A stretch of 63,902 nt of DNA, counting the filler, from Collodictyon triciliatum (taxonomy: Eukaryota), in NCBI GenBank assembly GCA_043381765.1. It is 9 parts of 9 records of this genome, joined end to end, with 100 filler letters (N's around TTAATTAATTAA, not from the genome) between each part and the next. Parts side by side here need not be neighbours in the genome. Positions count along the whole stretch, not along the records: positions 7,467 to 14,830 come from JBHJMP010003934.1; positions 14,931 to 22,294 come from JBHJMP010003935.1; positions 22,395 to 29,756 come from JBHJMP010003936.1; 6 more parts are not named here. One strand, 5' to 3'. The notes under the pieces are model-generated. The model had not been told where the DNA came from. It ran no database searches and saw only the letters and a program-made list of their open reading frames with translations. Numbering within the stretch: the stretch's first letter is position 1; each line of letters opens with the position of its first letter. Made by a program: the position numbers and the translations under genes. Of the stretch, positions 13,473-28,300 are shown piece by piece.

Positions 13473-14731
13473 ATCCTCTTTTATATTATCATCTATTCTA
13501 TCTTCTTCTTCTTCTTCTTCTTCTTCTTCTTCTTCTTCTTCTTCTTCTTCTTCTTCTTCTTCTTCTTCTTCTTCTTCTTCTTCTTCTTCTTCTTTTTNNT
13601 TTTCTTTTCTTTTCTTTTCTTTTCTTTTCTTTTCTTTTCTTTTCTTTTCTTTTCTTTTCTTTTCTTTTCTTTTCTTTTCTTTTTAATTTTTAATGGTTTT
13701 ATATTTTTTTTCCATTTTTTTTTTCATCTTGTTAAAGGGGGAAGAGGTTCACACAGTTGGGGTCGTTCAGACAAACCCAGAGCAATCGAAGCACTTGGAA
13801 ACGGCCATCATCCGAATTCACGGAACTTTCATCGATATGGTTAACCTCAGATGTGAAGAGTACACAGAGAATAGCCGAATTCCAGAGATTGTGTGATTTT
13901 ATCTCACCAACATGATTTGACTATTTTCTACTGTGGATACAAATCTATCTTTATCATAAACTAGGTTGTCAATTATTATAATCATTTATTTATCACTTTT
14001 CTGAGAGCCATTATTCGAATCAATTCAGAAAATTGGAACACCATTGCAAGATGCAGAGCGTCGAGATTTGACAATTAACTCTCTGTTTTACAATGTAACC
14101 AAGGGGATAATCGAAGACTTCACTGGGAAGGTTTGCTGTTTTGTTATACTGCTTCGCGATCAGGCTTTGGTTTTCCATGTCTTGTCTCAGTTTGACCCAC
14201 ATGTAAATTATGGTTTATATATGAAACACGACCAGGGTTTACAAGACCTTCGCAGCAAAATCATTCGTACCCCACTAGCTCCCTTAACAACTTTCTTGGA
14301 TGACCCCCTACGTGTTTTGAGGACGATTCGTTTCGCCGCACGTTTTGGCTATCAAATTGTGCCCGAGATTATAGAAGCAGCATCACAGGAGTCTGTGCGC
14401 GTGAGTTCTTAATTTTTTTCCGCAAAAAATACTGGATTTCCGTCCTTATGTACTATTTTTTTTTTTGTGTGTGTGAGGGCTATCTTTCGTTTTTATTGCC
14501 ACTTTTCACCTATTCTTGGTATAAATCATTTTTATTTTATTATTTCGAATATACGCATAAAGTATTTAAATCTGGATAGTGCTTTAAATTAAAAAAAAAA
14601 AGAAGCTAAAACCACGCATCCAACCTTTAAGCTACATTTTGTAAAAGGAAAAGTTGTTATAATTAGAGTGCTCTGGCGACGAAGATATCACGGGAGAGAA
14701 TCGGAATCGAGGTCGCAAAAGCTTTGGAGGG
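12175..14731 (+). CDS. CCA1: CCA-adding tRNA nucleotidyltransferase (class II), 3'-truncated by contig end
   Basis: Motifs RVAGGWVRDK, HDLDIA, NPEQSKHLETA, IDMVNLRCEEYTENSRIP, DAERRDLTINSLFYN, DDPLRVLRTIRFAARF and KISRERIGIE on successive exons. Core ATG at 12948; a possible upstream extension starts at ATG 12175. Confidence 0.93.
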
Positions 14732-14931
14732 TGTGATTTGAAATCTGTCATAATTATTGAGCTTATCCCCTAGATTTTTTTATTATTTTTTTTTTTTTTG
14801 TAATTATCCTTGGTTTGGTTTGGTTTTTTTNNNNNNNNNNNNNNNNNNNNNNNNNNNNNNNNNNNNNNNNNNNNTTAATTAATTAANNNNNNNNNNNNNN
14901 NNNNNNNNNNNNNNNNNNNNNNNNNNNNNNT

Positions 14932-15024
<93 letters not shown>

Positions 15025-15372
15025 TTTTCCCTTTTCCCTTTATTCGATTTAAAGATGTTGCACGGTATCTTCACATCACCAGCGCCTCTGTTTTGCCAGA
15101 ATGGATAACGCTTATGCAGTCTTTTATTGTATTCATGCCATATGCGATACAATCGGCATGGGAAATCCGCAAACCCGCGGCGGTTGTGTTGAAAGCCATA
15201 ATCAAACCTGCGATGTTCTCCGACTCAGCGGAATGATCCAGCATCAGTGACAGGAGGCAAACTCTGAAAAGCCCCGCTTGCGCCTCGACAATCTCCTCGA
15301 GCTATGAGTCAGTCTTTCTGGAATATAGAACTCGGTGGGCATATTCCTTTGTTTTGTTTGGTCCGTTTGAAG

Positions 15373-18305
<2,933 letters not shown>

Positions 18306-18406
18306 TTGCTTATTTTGCTTATTTTGCTTATTTTCTTTGTGGTCTAGAATTTTTTTTTCTTTATTCGATTCAAAGTTCGTGGTCTTGATTTGAAACATTC
18401 ACCTAG

Positions 18407-19263
18407 TTTTTTTTTTTTCTTCCTTTCAATTTTGTTCAGTATGGTGGAGATGTTGGCTTTGGTTCGCTAGCCATCGTTTGCATGGACGCTACTTGTTGGC
18501 CGGGTGGCGGAGAAATAGTCGGTAATCAGGAATTGCATCCTGCGGTTTGACCTGTAGCCTGGGTCTTGTGCTTGCATGAGAGATACAAGGCGAGGTTTAA
18601 TATCCTTCTCAGCTTCTTTCCACATGTCTCTTCTCACAGGGTCTGAGTAGTAGAGAACGTGCAGGTGGCAAAGAAGCTGTTGAGGAAAGGGATTTGTATG
18701 ATGTCATCCAGCCTGTTATCAGGAATGGGTGTTTGGTTGTTGAGTCTTGCTTTGCGTGAGACTGTGCGTGCTATCCACATAGTCCATAGCAAATGGCCTC
18801 GCTTCGCTGCCCAGAATGTTTTTGCGTCTGGACGCAGCTGCTGCAGAGGCCCAAATATCGCCTGGATTGGGCCAACAGCTGCAGCCGTCTTGAGTGCCAG
18901 TCGAAGAATCTCACCGGCTGTTTCGTGCAGGTTTTGAGCGAAGGGGCATTGCACAAATGTGTGCTCAATGGATTCATCACCGTTGCTGCAAAGTGTGCAT
19001 TGTTGGGAGACTTTGCCAGCTTTTGCCGCGCGTGTGCCTATCCATGGCTCCCTATTGGTGATATCAAGCATTAGAGAGCGGTGATTTAGAAGGACTTGCG
19101 GAGTTCGTGCTTGTCTCCAGCTCGCGGTGAGCGGGGTGTGTGATGCCCAGTGTTTCTCCCCACCGTTGATGTTTTGACTTTTTGTAGGGTGTCGGCGGCG
19201 ATATTTTGTATCAAAAGAATTTAGAGTAGGCCATAGCCATCTAGAGCTGCATAAGCTGCGCAC
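18407..19263 (-). mobile_element. 5'-truncated non-LTR retrotransposon (L1/Tx1-like) ORF2 3' end with zf-RVT zinc knuckle, frameshifted
   Basis: CTLCSNGDESIEHTFVQCPF and LWTMWIART motifs. After a frameshift near 18670 the frame continues ...MQAQDPGYRSNRRMQFLITDYFSATRPTSSVHANDG*, then a short UTR and an A-rich tail (T-run 18407-18418 on +). Confidence 0.8.
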
Positions 19264-19689
19264 CGTTAGACGAGCGTTCGTTCTTGAGGCGGAAAAAGAA
19301 TGGTGGCAGGGTGTCGTATGAGAATGGTCTGTGTGGGCAATATTTTTCGGAACTGAAACCTTGCAATATATGCAAATTTGTTGCTTTCATGCAATTTTCT
19401 TCATTTATTTGTGTTCTTTTGACTTTCAAATGAGTTTTAGATGCAACAGACCTAAGAAACACAAGTCATGATTGCGAAAACACAGCCCAAAAATAGTTAA
19501 AACACGATTTTGATTTTGCTTGTTTGAATGGTTTAACTGTGCTATCCAGTCATACATTTAAATCTAGGGACGGGTTTAATTTAAAATTGCCGGATTAATT
19601 TGATTATAAGTGAAAGAAACTTGAAGCCAAAGGATATTTAAAATGAGGAAATGCAAAACCCACTTAAATTGCGCACTTATTTGATAACT

Positions 19690-21488
19690 AGCTCAGTTGA
19701 CAGACTTTAACTGTATAAGAAATGGGTTCATATTAAAAAGAGCAGTATGTTTTAAAAATATGATTTTTTTCCTTTATTCGATACGTTTTAAAAATATGAT
19801 AATATCAGATCCATTTAGCTGAACAATAAACTGTTTTTTTATTTTTCCATCAAATTAAAGTACCTGATTCTCTGAAAAGTCTAGGGATTCAAGACACGTC
19901 ATTGTAAATATGCATAATGGAATATCGACCAACTATATACCATCAGTAAATGTCAAAAAAAAAAAACCTATAACTGAACCCTATTCAGGCCATATTAGAT
20001 GAAAGTAAACCATATTATTTGAAATGCACAGCTTTCTTAAGTCAGTGAGGACGCTAAAAGAATCCGGAATCAATGAAATCTACAGTTTCAATGTATTTTG
20101 ATTATGATTTTTTGAAGTGAAATTGAGAAAGACAAATATTCTAACCTTATTATGAGACAAGTCCATGGAGTGTATCCATTTCAATGAATGAATAAATTCT
20201 TCGCCTTGCATGAAAAGGTCTCCTCTATAAATGTAATCGAAAAGGTCTAAATCTGAATGACTAGCAGGGAAGCTTCCATAATATATGTTGAGATTCGTCA
20301 TTGATGCTATGCTTTTTGGGACTCTGATTTTAAAGTGATTATGAATTGTCTTAATTCGAATGTCTCTCAATTTGAATAATTTTGTAATATCCTGAGGTAG
20401 AAATTCAATCTGTTTCAGTTCGAAATGATGCGTTAATATATATATATATATATATATGTAAAAATTCATCAGCATTTTATTAAAAGTGAATATCCGAAAA
20501 AAATGCGCATTTTTTTTATTAACAAAGGAGTTAGCTTACTCACCCAGCCGTTGTGGACGTAAAATGTCTCCATATTTTTTAGTCTAGAAATTTCGTTTGG
20601 TATGCACGACATATTATTGGCAGATACATCGACTACCTTCACATTTTCTAATTCAAACAAACTAATTGGGTAGGATGTGAACTTGTTTTCTGATATGTCG
20701 ATATATGTAAGACCAATTAAATTCTTCATTCCTGGTGGGAGATCTGAAAGGCAATTTCTGTATGCGTATATTTCTTTCAAATTTTTCAGAAAATTTATCC
20801 CTGGTGTTAATTCTGATATTTTATTATTTGATATGTCAATGCGTTCAAGCCTATTAAGACTGGATATTTCACCCAAAACTGATGTAAGTCTATTCCCATG
20901 CATATGCAACTCCTTCACCATGGTCAGATTTGATAAAACAACTGGAAAAATACAAATATCGTTTTCTGAAATACATATGCTGCTCATATTTGTCAATTGT
21001 GACATTCCACTTGGTATTCGTGTGATTTTATTTCTATACATATCAAGAGTATTGATGTTGGTACATTTGGTAATACCTATCGGCAATTTAGATATTTTGT
21101 TGTATGACGCTCTTAAATCAAAAAGGTTTGTCAATGCTGATATTCCGGCTGGCAACGATATTAGTTCGTTATGTGATACGTTAAGAACTCTTAAATTACA
21201 CAACGCAGATAATTCATCAGGTAAAATTGATATGACGTTATGAAGCAACCATAATTTTTCAAGGTTTGTAAGCTTCGAAATATCTGGTTGTACAGATGCG
21301 ATTTGGTTTTGATGAACGCAAAGAGACTTTAATTCGGTCATTTCGAATATACAAATAGGAAAAATTGATATGGCTTTCCGCTGAACTTCCAGAGCAGTGC
21401 ACGATTCGATTCTATCGAAGAAGCTGTTGGGTTCATAATATGGTTTTAAGCTTATAAGCTCATATAAAGAAGATGATGTATTACCCAT
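19690..21488 (-). CDS. Intracellular leucine-rich repeat protein with predicted N-myristoylation motif
   Basis: Starts MGNTSS (MGxxxS). About 13 typical 23-aa LRRs lie in ORF 20469-21488, with further LRR exons near 20145-20412, 19990-20058 and 19864-19932. The 3' end is uncertain. Confidence 0.8.
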
Positions 21489-21641
21489 CTATGAATCGAA
21501 CCTATTAAACAAAAAAGGAAGAGGTAAATGCCATATACAAGTTACTCGTTCCTATATATAAAATGAAAAATTTTGTAATCACGAGTAAATTAATGATTAA
21601 GTGAGTATTAATAAAAAAAAATAGCATGAAACACAAGAAAC

Positions 21642-21686
21642 CTGTCGTATTATTACCTATATATTATAGAGGTAATAATACGACAG
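21642..21686. repeat. Perfect 17-bp inverted repeat with 11-nt spacer
   Basis: ctgtcgtattattacct (21642-21658) and aggtaataatacgacag (21670-21686). Confidence 0.9.
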
Positions 21687-22393
21687 AATCAAGTGAAAAT
21701 ATACTGTGTCATACTGATGTCTACCAGATATTGATGGGGTTTTTTGCACTTATATTTTGTTGTTTTATTGAAGTGTTTTTCCACTAAATAAATCCATGAG
21801 AAGGTCGATAAAAACCAATTAGAAATTGTAATTCCATTTGAAAATTAATATTACGGAGCTAGTCATGTAAGACTTCTCAATCTCTTAAATTAATTCAAGA
21901 CTTTCGTGAGTGTAAACTTTCAACACTTTTTTTCATAAACTTATATGAAGCAGGAAATGACACATTAACATATAAATATCGAATTAATTTTGTTTTCACC
22001 AGCAAAACCTAAGTATTTTTTTTATAAATAGATGAGAAATCTTTATGAAGTCTTTGTTAAAATCCTTGTGTCCAGCATTAGATGACCAAAGTCGGAATGA
22101 GTCTTGCTCGTGTTATGTAGCAAAGGACTTCAAAAGTCGTTTAAACCGATCAAATTTCTCGATATTTTTTAAAAAAAAAATTAATTTTAATCTTTTATTC
22201 TTTTATTCTTTTATTCTTTTATTCTTTTATTCTTTTATTCTTTTATTCTTTTATTCTTTTATTCTTTTATTCTTTTATTCTTTTATTCTTTTATNNNNNN
22301 NNNNNNNNNNNNNNNNNNNNNNNNNNNNNNNNNNNNNNTTAATTAATTAANNNNNNNNNNNNNNNNNNNNNNNNNNNNNNNNNNNNNNNNNNN

Positions 22394-25300
22394 NGAGTGG
22401 AACTTTAATAAATGTATCTGTCATAAGTCTGCCAAGCAAAGTGGACTGGAGCCGATTCCTGTCGCCAAGTTGACCGAGGGCGAAATTAAGGATGGTGTCG
22501 AATCCTTCCTCATCCGCTATGACAAGACCCTGAACGAAAAGCAAGTTGGAATGATTCTGGCTGACTTTAAAGATACTGGTGAGGCATTTTTAATAAGAGT
22601 GTATATTTTGATAAAAAAATTTCCAAGGAATGATTAGTTATTCTTATGTGATATTTATTATAGGCCATCCACTTTATCTCCGCATCATTCTGGATGAAGT
22701 CAGGGTCTTTGGTGTCTATGAGAAGCTTGATGATGAACTGTTTGCGCTACTTGCGACCAACGGTGTCATTGACCTTTACACTCTCATTATCAAACGCTGG
22801 CAACTGAAGTTTGACAGGAAAGGTGAGTTTTGGTTTCATATTTCACAAAAAAAAAATGCAAATTATAATAGCAATTTTTGTTGATTGATACTTTTTCAGT
22901 GGCCTCAACTGATGGAAAAGAGACGATGAAGGTCGAGTATGTCTCCCTCTCGATGAAGGTTCTATTTGTTTCCCGCATCGGCCTGAGTGAAGGTGACCTG
23001 GACAAGTACATGAATGACGCGATTGGCGCAGGATTCGAGCTTGCTGAATGGTTTGCTTATTCTTGAATATTATATAATGAATAGGTTTACCCTTTCTCAT
23101 TTTCTTTTCTTTTCTTATTTATTTAATTTATTTAACTTATCTTTTATTCATTAAAATAGGAAATCCTTTTTCTTTACCCTCATCGAGTCGCTTTTCGTCC
23201 GCAATGGAAGGTTGGTGTTATTTCTCAGTCTTTTTCTTTCGTTAATCTGTGTTTTTGGTTTTATTTGATTTGGATATAAAGCTAACTATTGTTTATAATA
23301 GATACATGTACTTCCACCAGCTGCTGTTGGAGACCACCGAAAAGGTTTATTTCTCCGAAGGGAAAGAGATGGAAAAAACCCACGAAAAATACGGAAAATG
23401 GCTGTTTGGCCAGTATTCTGAGGCTTCTGACGCAGATGAGGAGCTTGCTGCTGAAATATGCTACCAGCTTCTGAAGGGCAGTTCGTTTGACTTGCTTGTG
23501 GAATACATGAAGCAAAAACATGTAATTTCTTTATTTTTTATTCGAGTATTTACTGTCATAATGAAACGGCATTCACTGATTAATTATTTTAAATATTTCA
23601 TAGGTTATCAGCATCATGCTTGGTGGTCGCTATCGCTACGAATTCTTTACATGCTGGAGAGCAATCAACGCAAGTGGAGCGGCGAACTACAAAGAAGCCT
23701 ATGGAAGTTTGGCTTTAGTAATTTGTTGCTTAATTTTAATTTTTTGAAGGTTACTACTCACAATTTTAATTATCAATCATGATTTATCTATTAATTATTA
23801 TTGTTTTTCAGTCTTTGGATAAAGTGGGAGACCTGCTTGTTGGATTTTTCTTGGAGTCTTTTGAGAACTCGTTCTTGTTATCTGTTCTGAATGTGCGTCT
23901 TGGAAAGCATCAGACAGAAGGTATGCGATTCGTTATTTTTTTTGATGAATTTATGTCATGAATATGAGTGTATATATATGGAGACATTCAATAATCTATC
24001 ATTCATAGATGCGAAGGCTGCTGATTACCTGAATCTTGGTCGTGTCTACAAGAACCTCCAAAAGTAAAAAATAATAATAAAAAAACAATGATTATGATGA
24101 TTAATTAATACATGACATGATGTTTATAATGCAACTTTTCTAAAATAAAAATTGAAAAGCTGGGCGGAGTCCATGGTCTACTACAAGAAATGTCTCGACG
24201 CCGTTGAGAAAAATGCAGATGATTCCCTGCGCATTGCTACCATCCATGAAGAGATGGGTATCATCTATCAGCAACAGGACAAGTAAGGCTCGCTTTCAAC
24301 TGTAAAATAAATTATGAATAATGTTTCAAAAAGGAATTATTCTGATTTTTATTATGAAACAGAATCGATGAAGCTCTTGATGAATACAAGAAATCACTGG
24401 AATTGAGAATCAAACAACTGGGTGAGAACGACTTGCAAGTGGCCCAATCACATGACCGCTTTGGAGATATCTACGTGAAGCAGTCAAAGTAATATTTAAA
24501 TCATTTATATTCGTTAATATTCTACTCTTTTCTTTAAATATATATGTATGCTGATCAATTTTTTATGATAGGAATGTGCAGGCTCTGGTTGAATATGAAA
24601 AAGCCATGGAAATCCGCCAAAAGAAAGTCGGAAACGAGCATCCTCTTGTCGCAACATCGTACCAGAACTATGGCCATGTCTCTCTGGCTGGGAAAAAGTA
24701 GCACATATATATTCATTAAACACAGTTTTAAATTAATTATGATAATTTTAGATATATTAATATGATTGAATCATCAAGGTATGAAGAATCTATTGAAAAC
24801 TTCGAGAAGGCGAAATTAATCCTTGAAAAATCGCTGGGAGCTAAGCATGCATCTGTTGCCTCGACAATCCAGTTTATTGCAAACGTTCATCTTGCCAGTG
24901 GAAAGTTCGGATTTCTAAATTTTAGATTTTTTGTATACTACAATGATATTCTATACTTTCAATTTTTGCAAAACATATTTGGCTTCATTTCTTTCATTTG
25001 TATGGACTCTATTTGGGGTTAAAATTATGCATCATATAATGCTAACAAAATAAATATCAAAACTATCGTCTTATATAGGAAAACTGAGGCCTTATCGTCA
25101 TTGAAGCAATCGCTGGATATTTTCATGTCTGCCCTGGGTGAAAATCATCCGAATGTCGTGGCCTGTCATGAGATGATTGGAGACATCAGCCATGATTTGA
25201 AGGAGTATCTCTTTTTATAAATTATTTATATTTTTAAAAGAAAAGAATAACTTATTTACTCACATTTTCCTAGCTTTAAGGGTGCTTTGGAGGCGTATAC

Positions 25301-28300
25301 GAAGACGCTGGATATTCGCGTGAGAACACTGGGCGAAAATCATGCTGATTATGCGACTTCCCTGGAGAATGTTGGCCGAACAAACTTTGAGCTGAAAAGG
25401 TAATTTTCTCTTTCTATTATTTAAAAATTAAATATTTTATTAAAACCAGTAAAAGCATACATATATATTCACTAATATACATGTATTTAGATTGGACCAA
25501 GTTGTTGAATACTTCCAGAAGGCTGCTGCTATCAGAAAGGAGACAAATACTATCATGTCACTGAAAGATGGCCCACAAATTGACAACATTATCCGACTCA
25601 TGAAGGACAAGAAGGAGCATGAAGCCGTCATTCAGCTTTACAAAACAGCTGCTGTTAGACATGCTGAAAAGTCCTCCTATGAAAACTGGGACTGGTGGGT
25701 GGCTTGTGAGACTGCACACCAATACTGCAAGGATAACAAGCTACACGAAAGTGGCGTGGCATTCTGGGCTGAGATGAGAGACAGATTCGCTGTTAAACTC
25801 GGATGGATTCACCCCAGAACATTAAACTCATGCGAATACTTGTCCGTCCATTCAAAAGAAATTGGAATCAACAAAGAGCCTGTCGAGTTTACAAGAGTCA
25901 ATAGATTCATTTGTGAAACTCTTGATGATGCAAAGCTGGATGAGGAATGGAATCGTGAGCAAATCATCGCATCGTTATTCAGAATTGTCTGCATGTCAAA
26001 GACTGATGAGAGCAAATCAAATGCTGCATCTGATGCAATCACACTTTTGAATTTCATGAATGTTTCGTTCGGTGGAATGGATTTATCAAACATCAAAATT
26101 CCACATGCAAATCTCAGTAACTCAATCTTTGATGGTACAAATCTCACTGGTGCCAACTTAGATGGTGTTGACTTCACAAATTCGATGCTTGGTGATTGTG
26201 TTTTTGATAATGCGAATATGAATAATGTGAAATTCGGAATTCGTTATGATAAATTAGAAGGTCATACAGAAACTGTTAGAAGTGTTTGCAGTATTCAAGG
26301 ACCGAATGGTGAAAATTGGTTGGCTTCTGGAAGTGATGATAGCACAATACGTATTTGGGATGTAGCCACAGGAAACCAAATAAAAACATTAGAAGGTCAT
26401 ACATATGCTGTCTGCAGTATTTGCAATATTCAAGGACCGAAAGGTGAAAAGTGGTTGGCTTCTGGTAGCTATGATAAAACTATACGTGTTTGGGATGTAG
26501 CCACAGGAAACCAAATCAAAAGATTACGTGGTCATAGAGCTTATGTTAATTGTGTTTGCAGTATTCAAGGACCGAATGGTGAACATTGGCTGGCTTCAGG
26601 AAGTGATGATAAAACAATAATTATTTGGGATGTAGCCACAGGAAACCAAATCAAAACATTATATGGTCATACAGAATCTGTCATGAGTGTTTGCAGTATT
26701 CAAGGACCGGATGGTGAAATATGGTTGGCTTCTGGAAGTCTTGATAACACAATACGTATTTGGGATGTAACCACAGGAAACCAAATCAAAACATTAAAAG
26801 GTCATACAAGCGATGTCAATTGTGTTTGCACTATTCAAGGACCGAATGGTGAAACGTGGCTGGCTTCTGGAAGTTTTGATAGAACAATACGTATTTGGGA
26901 TGTAACGACAGGAAACCAAATCAAAACATTAGAAGGTCATACAAGGGAAGTCAGAAGTGTTTGCAGTATTCAAGGACCGAAAGGTGAAAATTGGCTGGCT
27001 TCTGGAAGTGTTGACAAAACAATACGTATTTGGGATGTAGCCACGGGAAACCAAATCAAAACATTGGAAGGACATACAGAACCTGTCGCTAGTGTTTGCA
27101 GTATTCAAGGACCGAATGGTGAAAATTGCCTGGCTTCTGGAAGCTATGATGAAACAATACGTATTTGGGATTTAGGCACAGGAAACGAAATCAAAACATC
27201 AGAGGGTCATATAGGTGGTGTATTGAGTGTTTGTAGTATTCAAGGACCGAATAGTGAAAATTGGTTGGCTTCTGGAAGTTGTGATAATACAATCGGTATT
27301 TGGGATGTAGTTACAGGAAACCATATCAGAACATTAGAAGGTCATACACATACTGTCACTAGTGTTTGCAGTATTCAAGGACCGAATGGTGAAAACTGGC
27401 TGGCTTCTGGAAGTGTTGATAAAACAATACGTATTTGGGATGTAGCCACAGGAAACCAAATCAAAACATTAGAAGGTCATACAAATAATGTCAATAGTGT
27501 TTGCAGTATTCAAGGACCGAATGGTGAAAGTTGGTTGGCTTCTGGAAGTTGGGATAAAACAATACGTATTTGGGATTTAGCCACAGGAAACCAAATCAAA
27601 ACATTAGAAGGGCATGGAGATGCTGTCGAGAGTGTTTGCAGCATTCAAGGACCGAATGGTGAAAAGTGGTTGGCTTCTGGGAGTGAGGATAAGACAATAC
27701 GTATTTGGGATATAGCCACAGGAAACCAAATCAAAACATTAGAAGGTCATACAAGTTTTGTCATGAGTGTTTGCAGTATTCAAGGACCGAATGGTGAAAA
27801 CTGGCTGGTTTCTGGAAGTGGCGATGAAACCATACGCATTTGGGATGTAGCCACAGGAAACCAAATCAAAAAATTAGAAGGTCATACAGATTGGGTCAAG
27901 AGTATTTGCAGCATTCAAGGACTGAATGGTGAAAAGTGGCTGGCTTCTGGAAGTGATGATAATACAATACGTATTTGGGATGTAGCCTCAGGACACCAAA
28001 TCAAAACATTAGAAGGTCATATAGGTTCTGTCACTAGTGTTTGCAGTGTTCAAGGACTTAATGGTGAAAATTGGCTGGCTTCTGGAAGCAAAGATAAAAC
28101 ATTACGTATCTGGGATGTAGCCACAGGAAACCGAATCAAAACATTAGAAGGGCATACAAATGATGTCAATAGTGTTTGCAGTATTCAAGGACCAAATGGT
28201 GAAAAGTGGTTGGCTTCTGGAAGTGATGATAAATCAATACGTATTTGGGATGTAGCCACAGGAAACCAAATCAAAACATTGGAAGGTCATACAAGTTGGG

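Noticed and set aside
18440-18580. Duplicated GC-richer 140-bp segment as a conserved ncRNA (snRNA/snoRNA)
   Set aside because: It is the coding 3' end and UTR of the adjacent LINE fragment on the minus strand.
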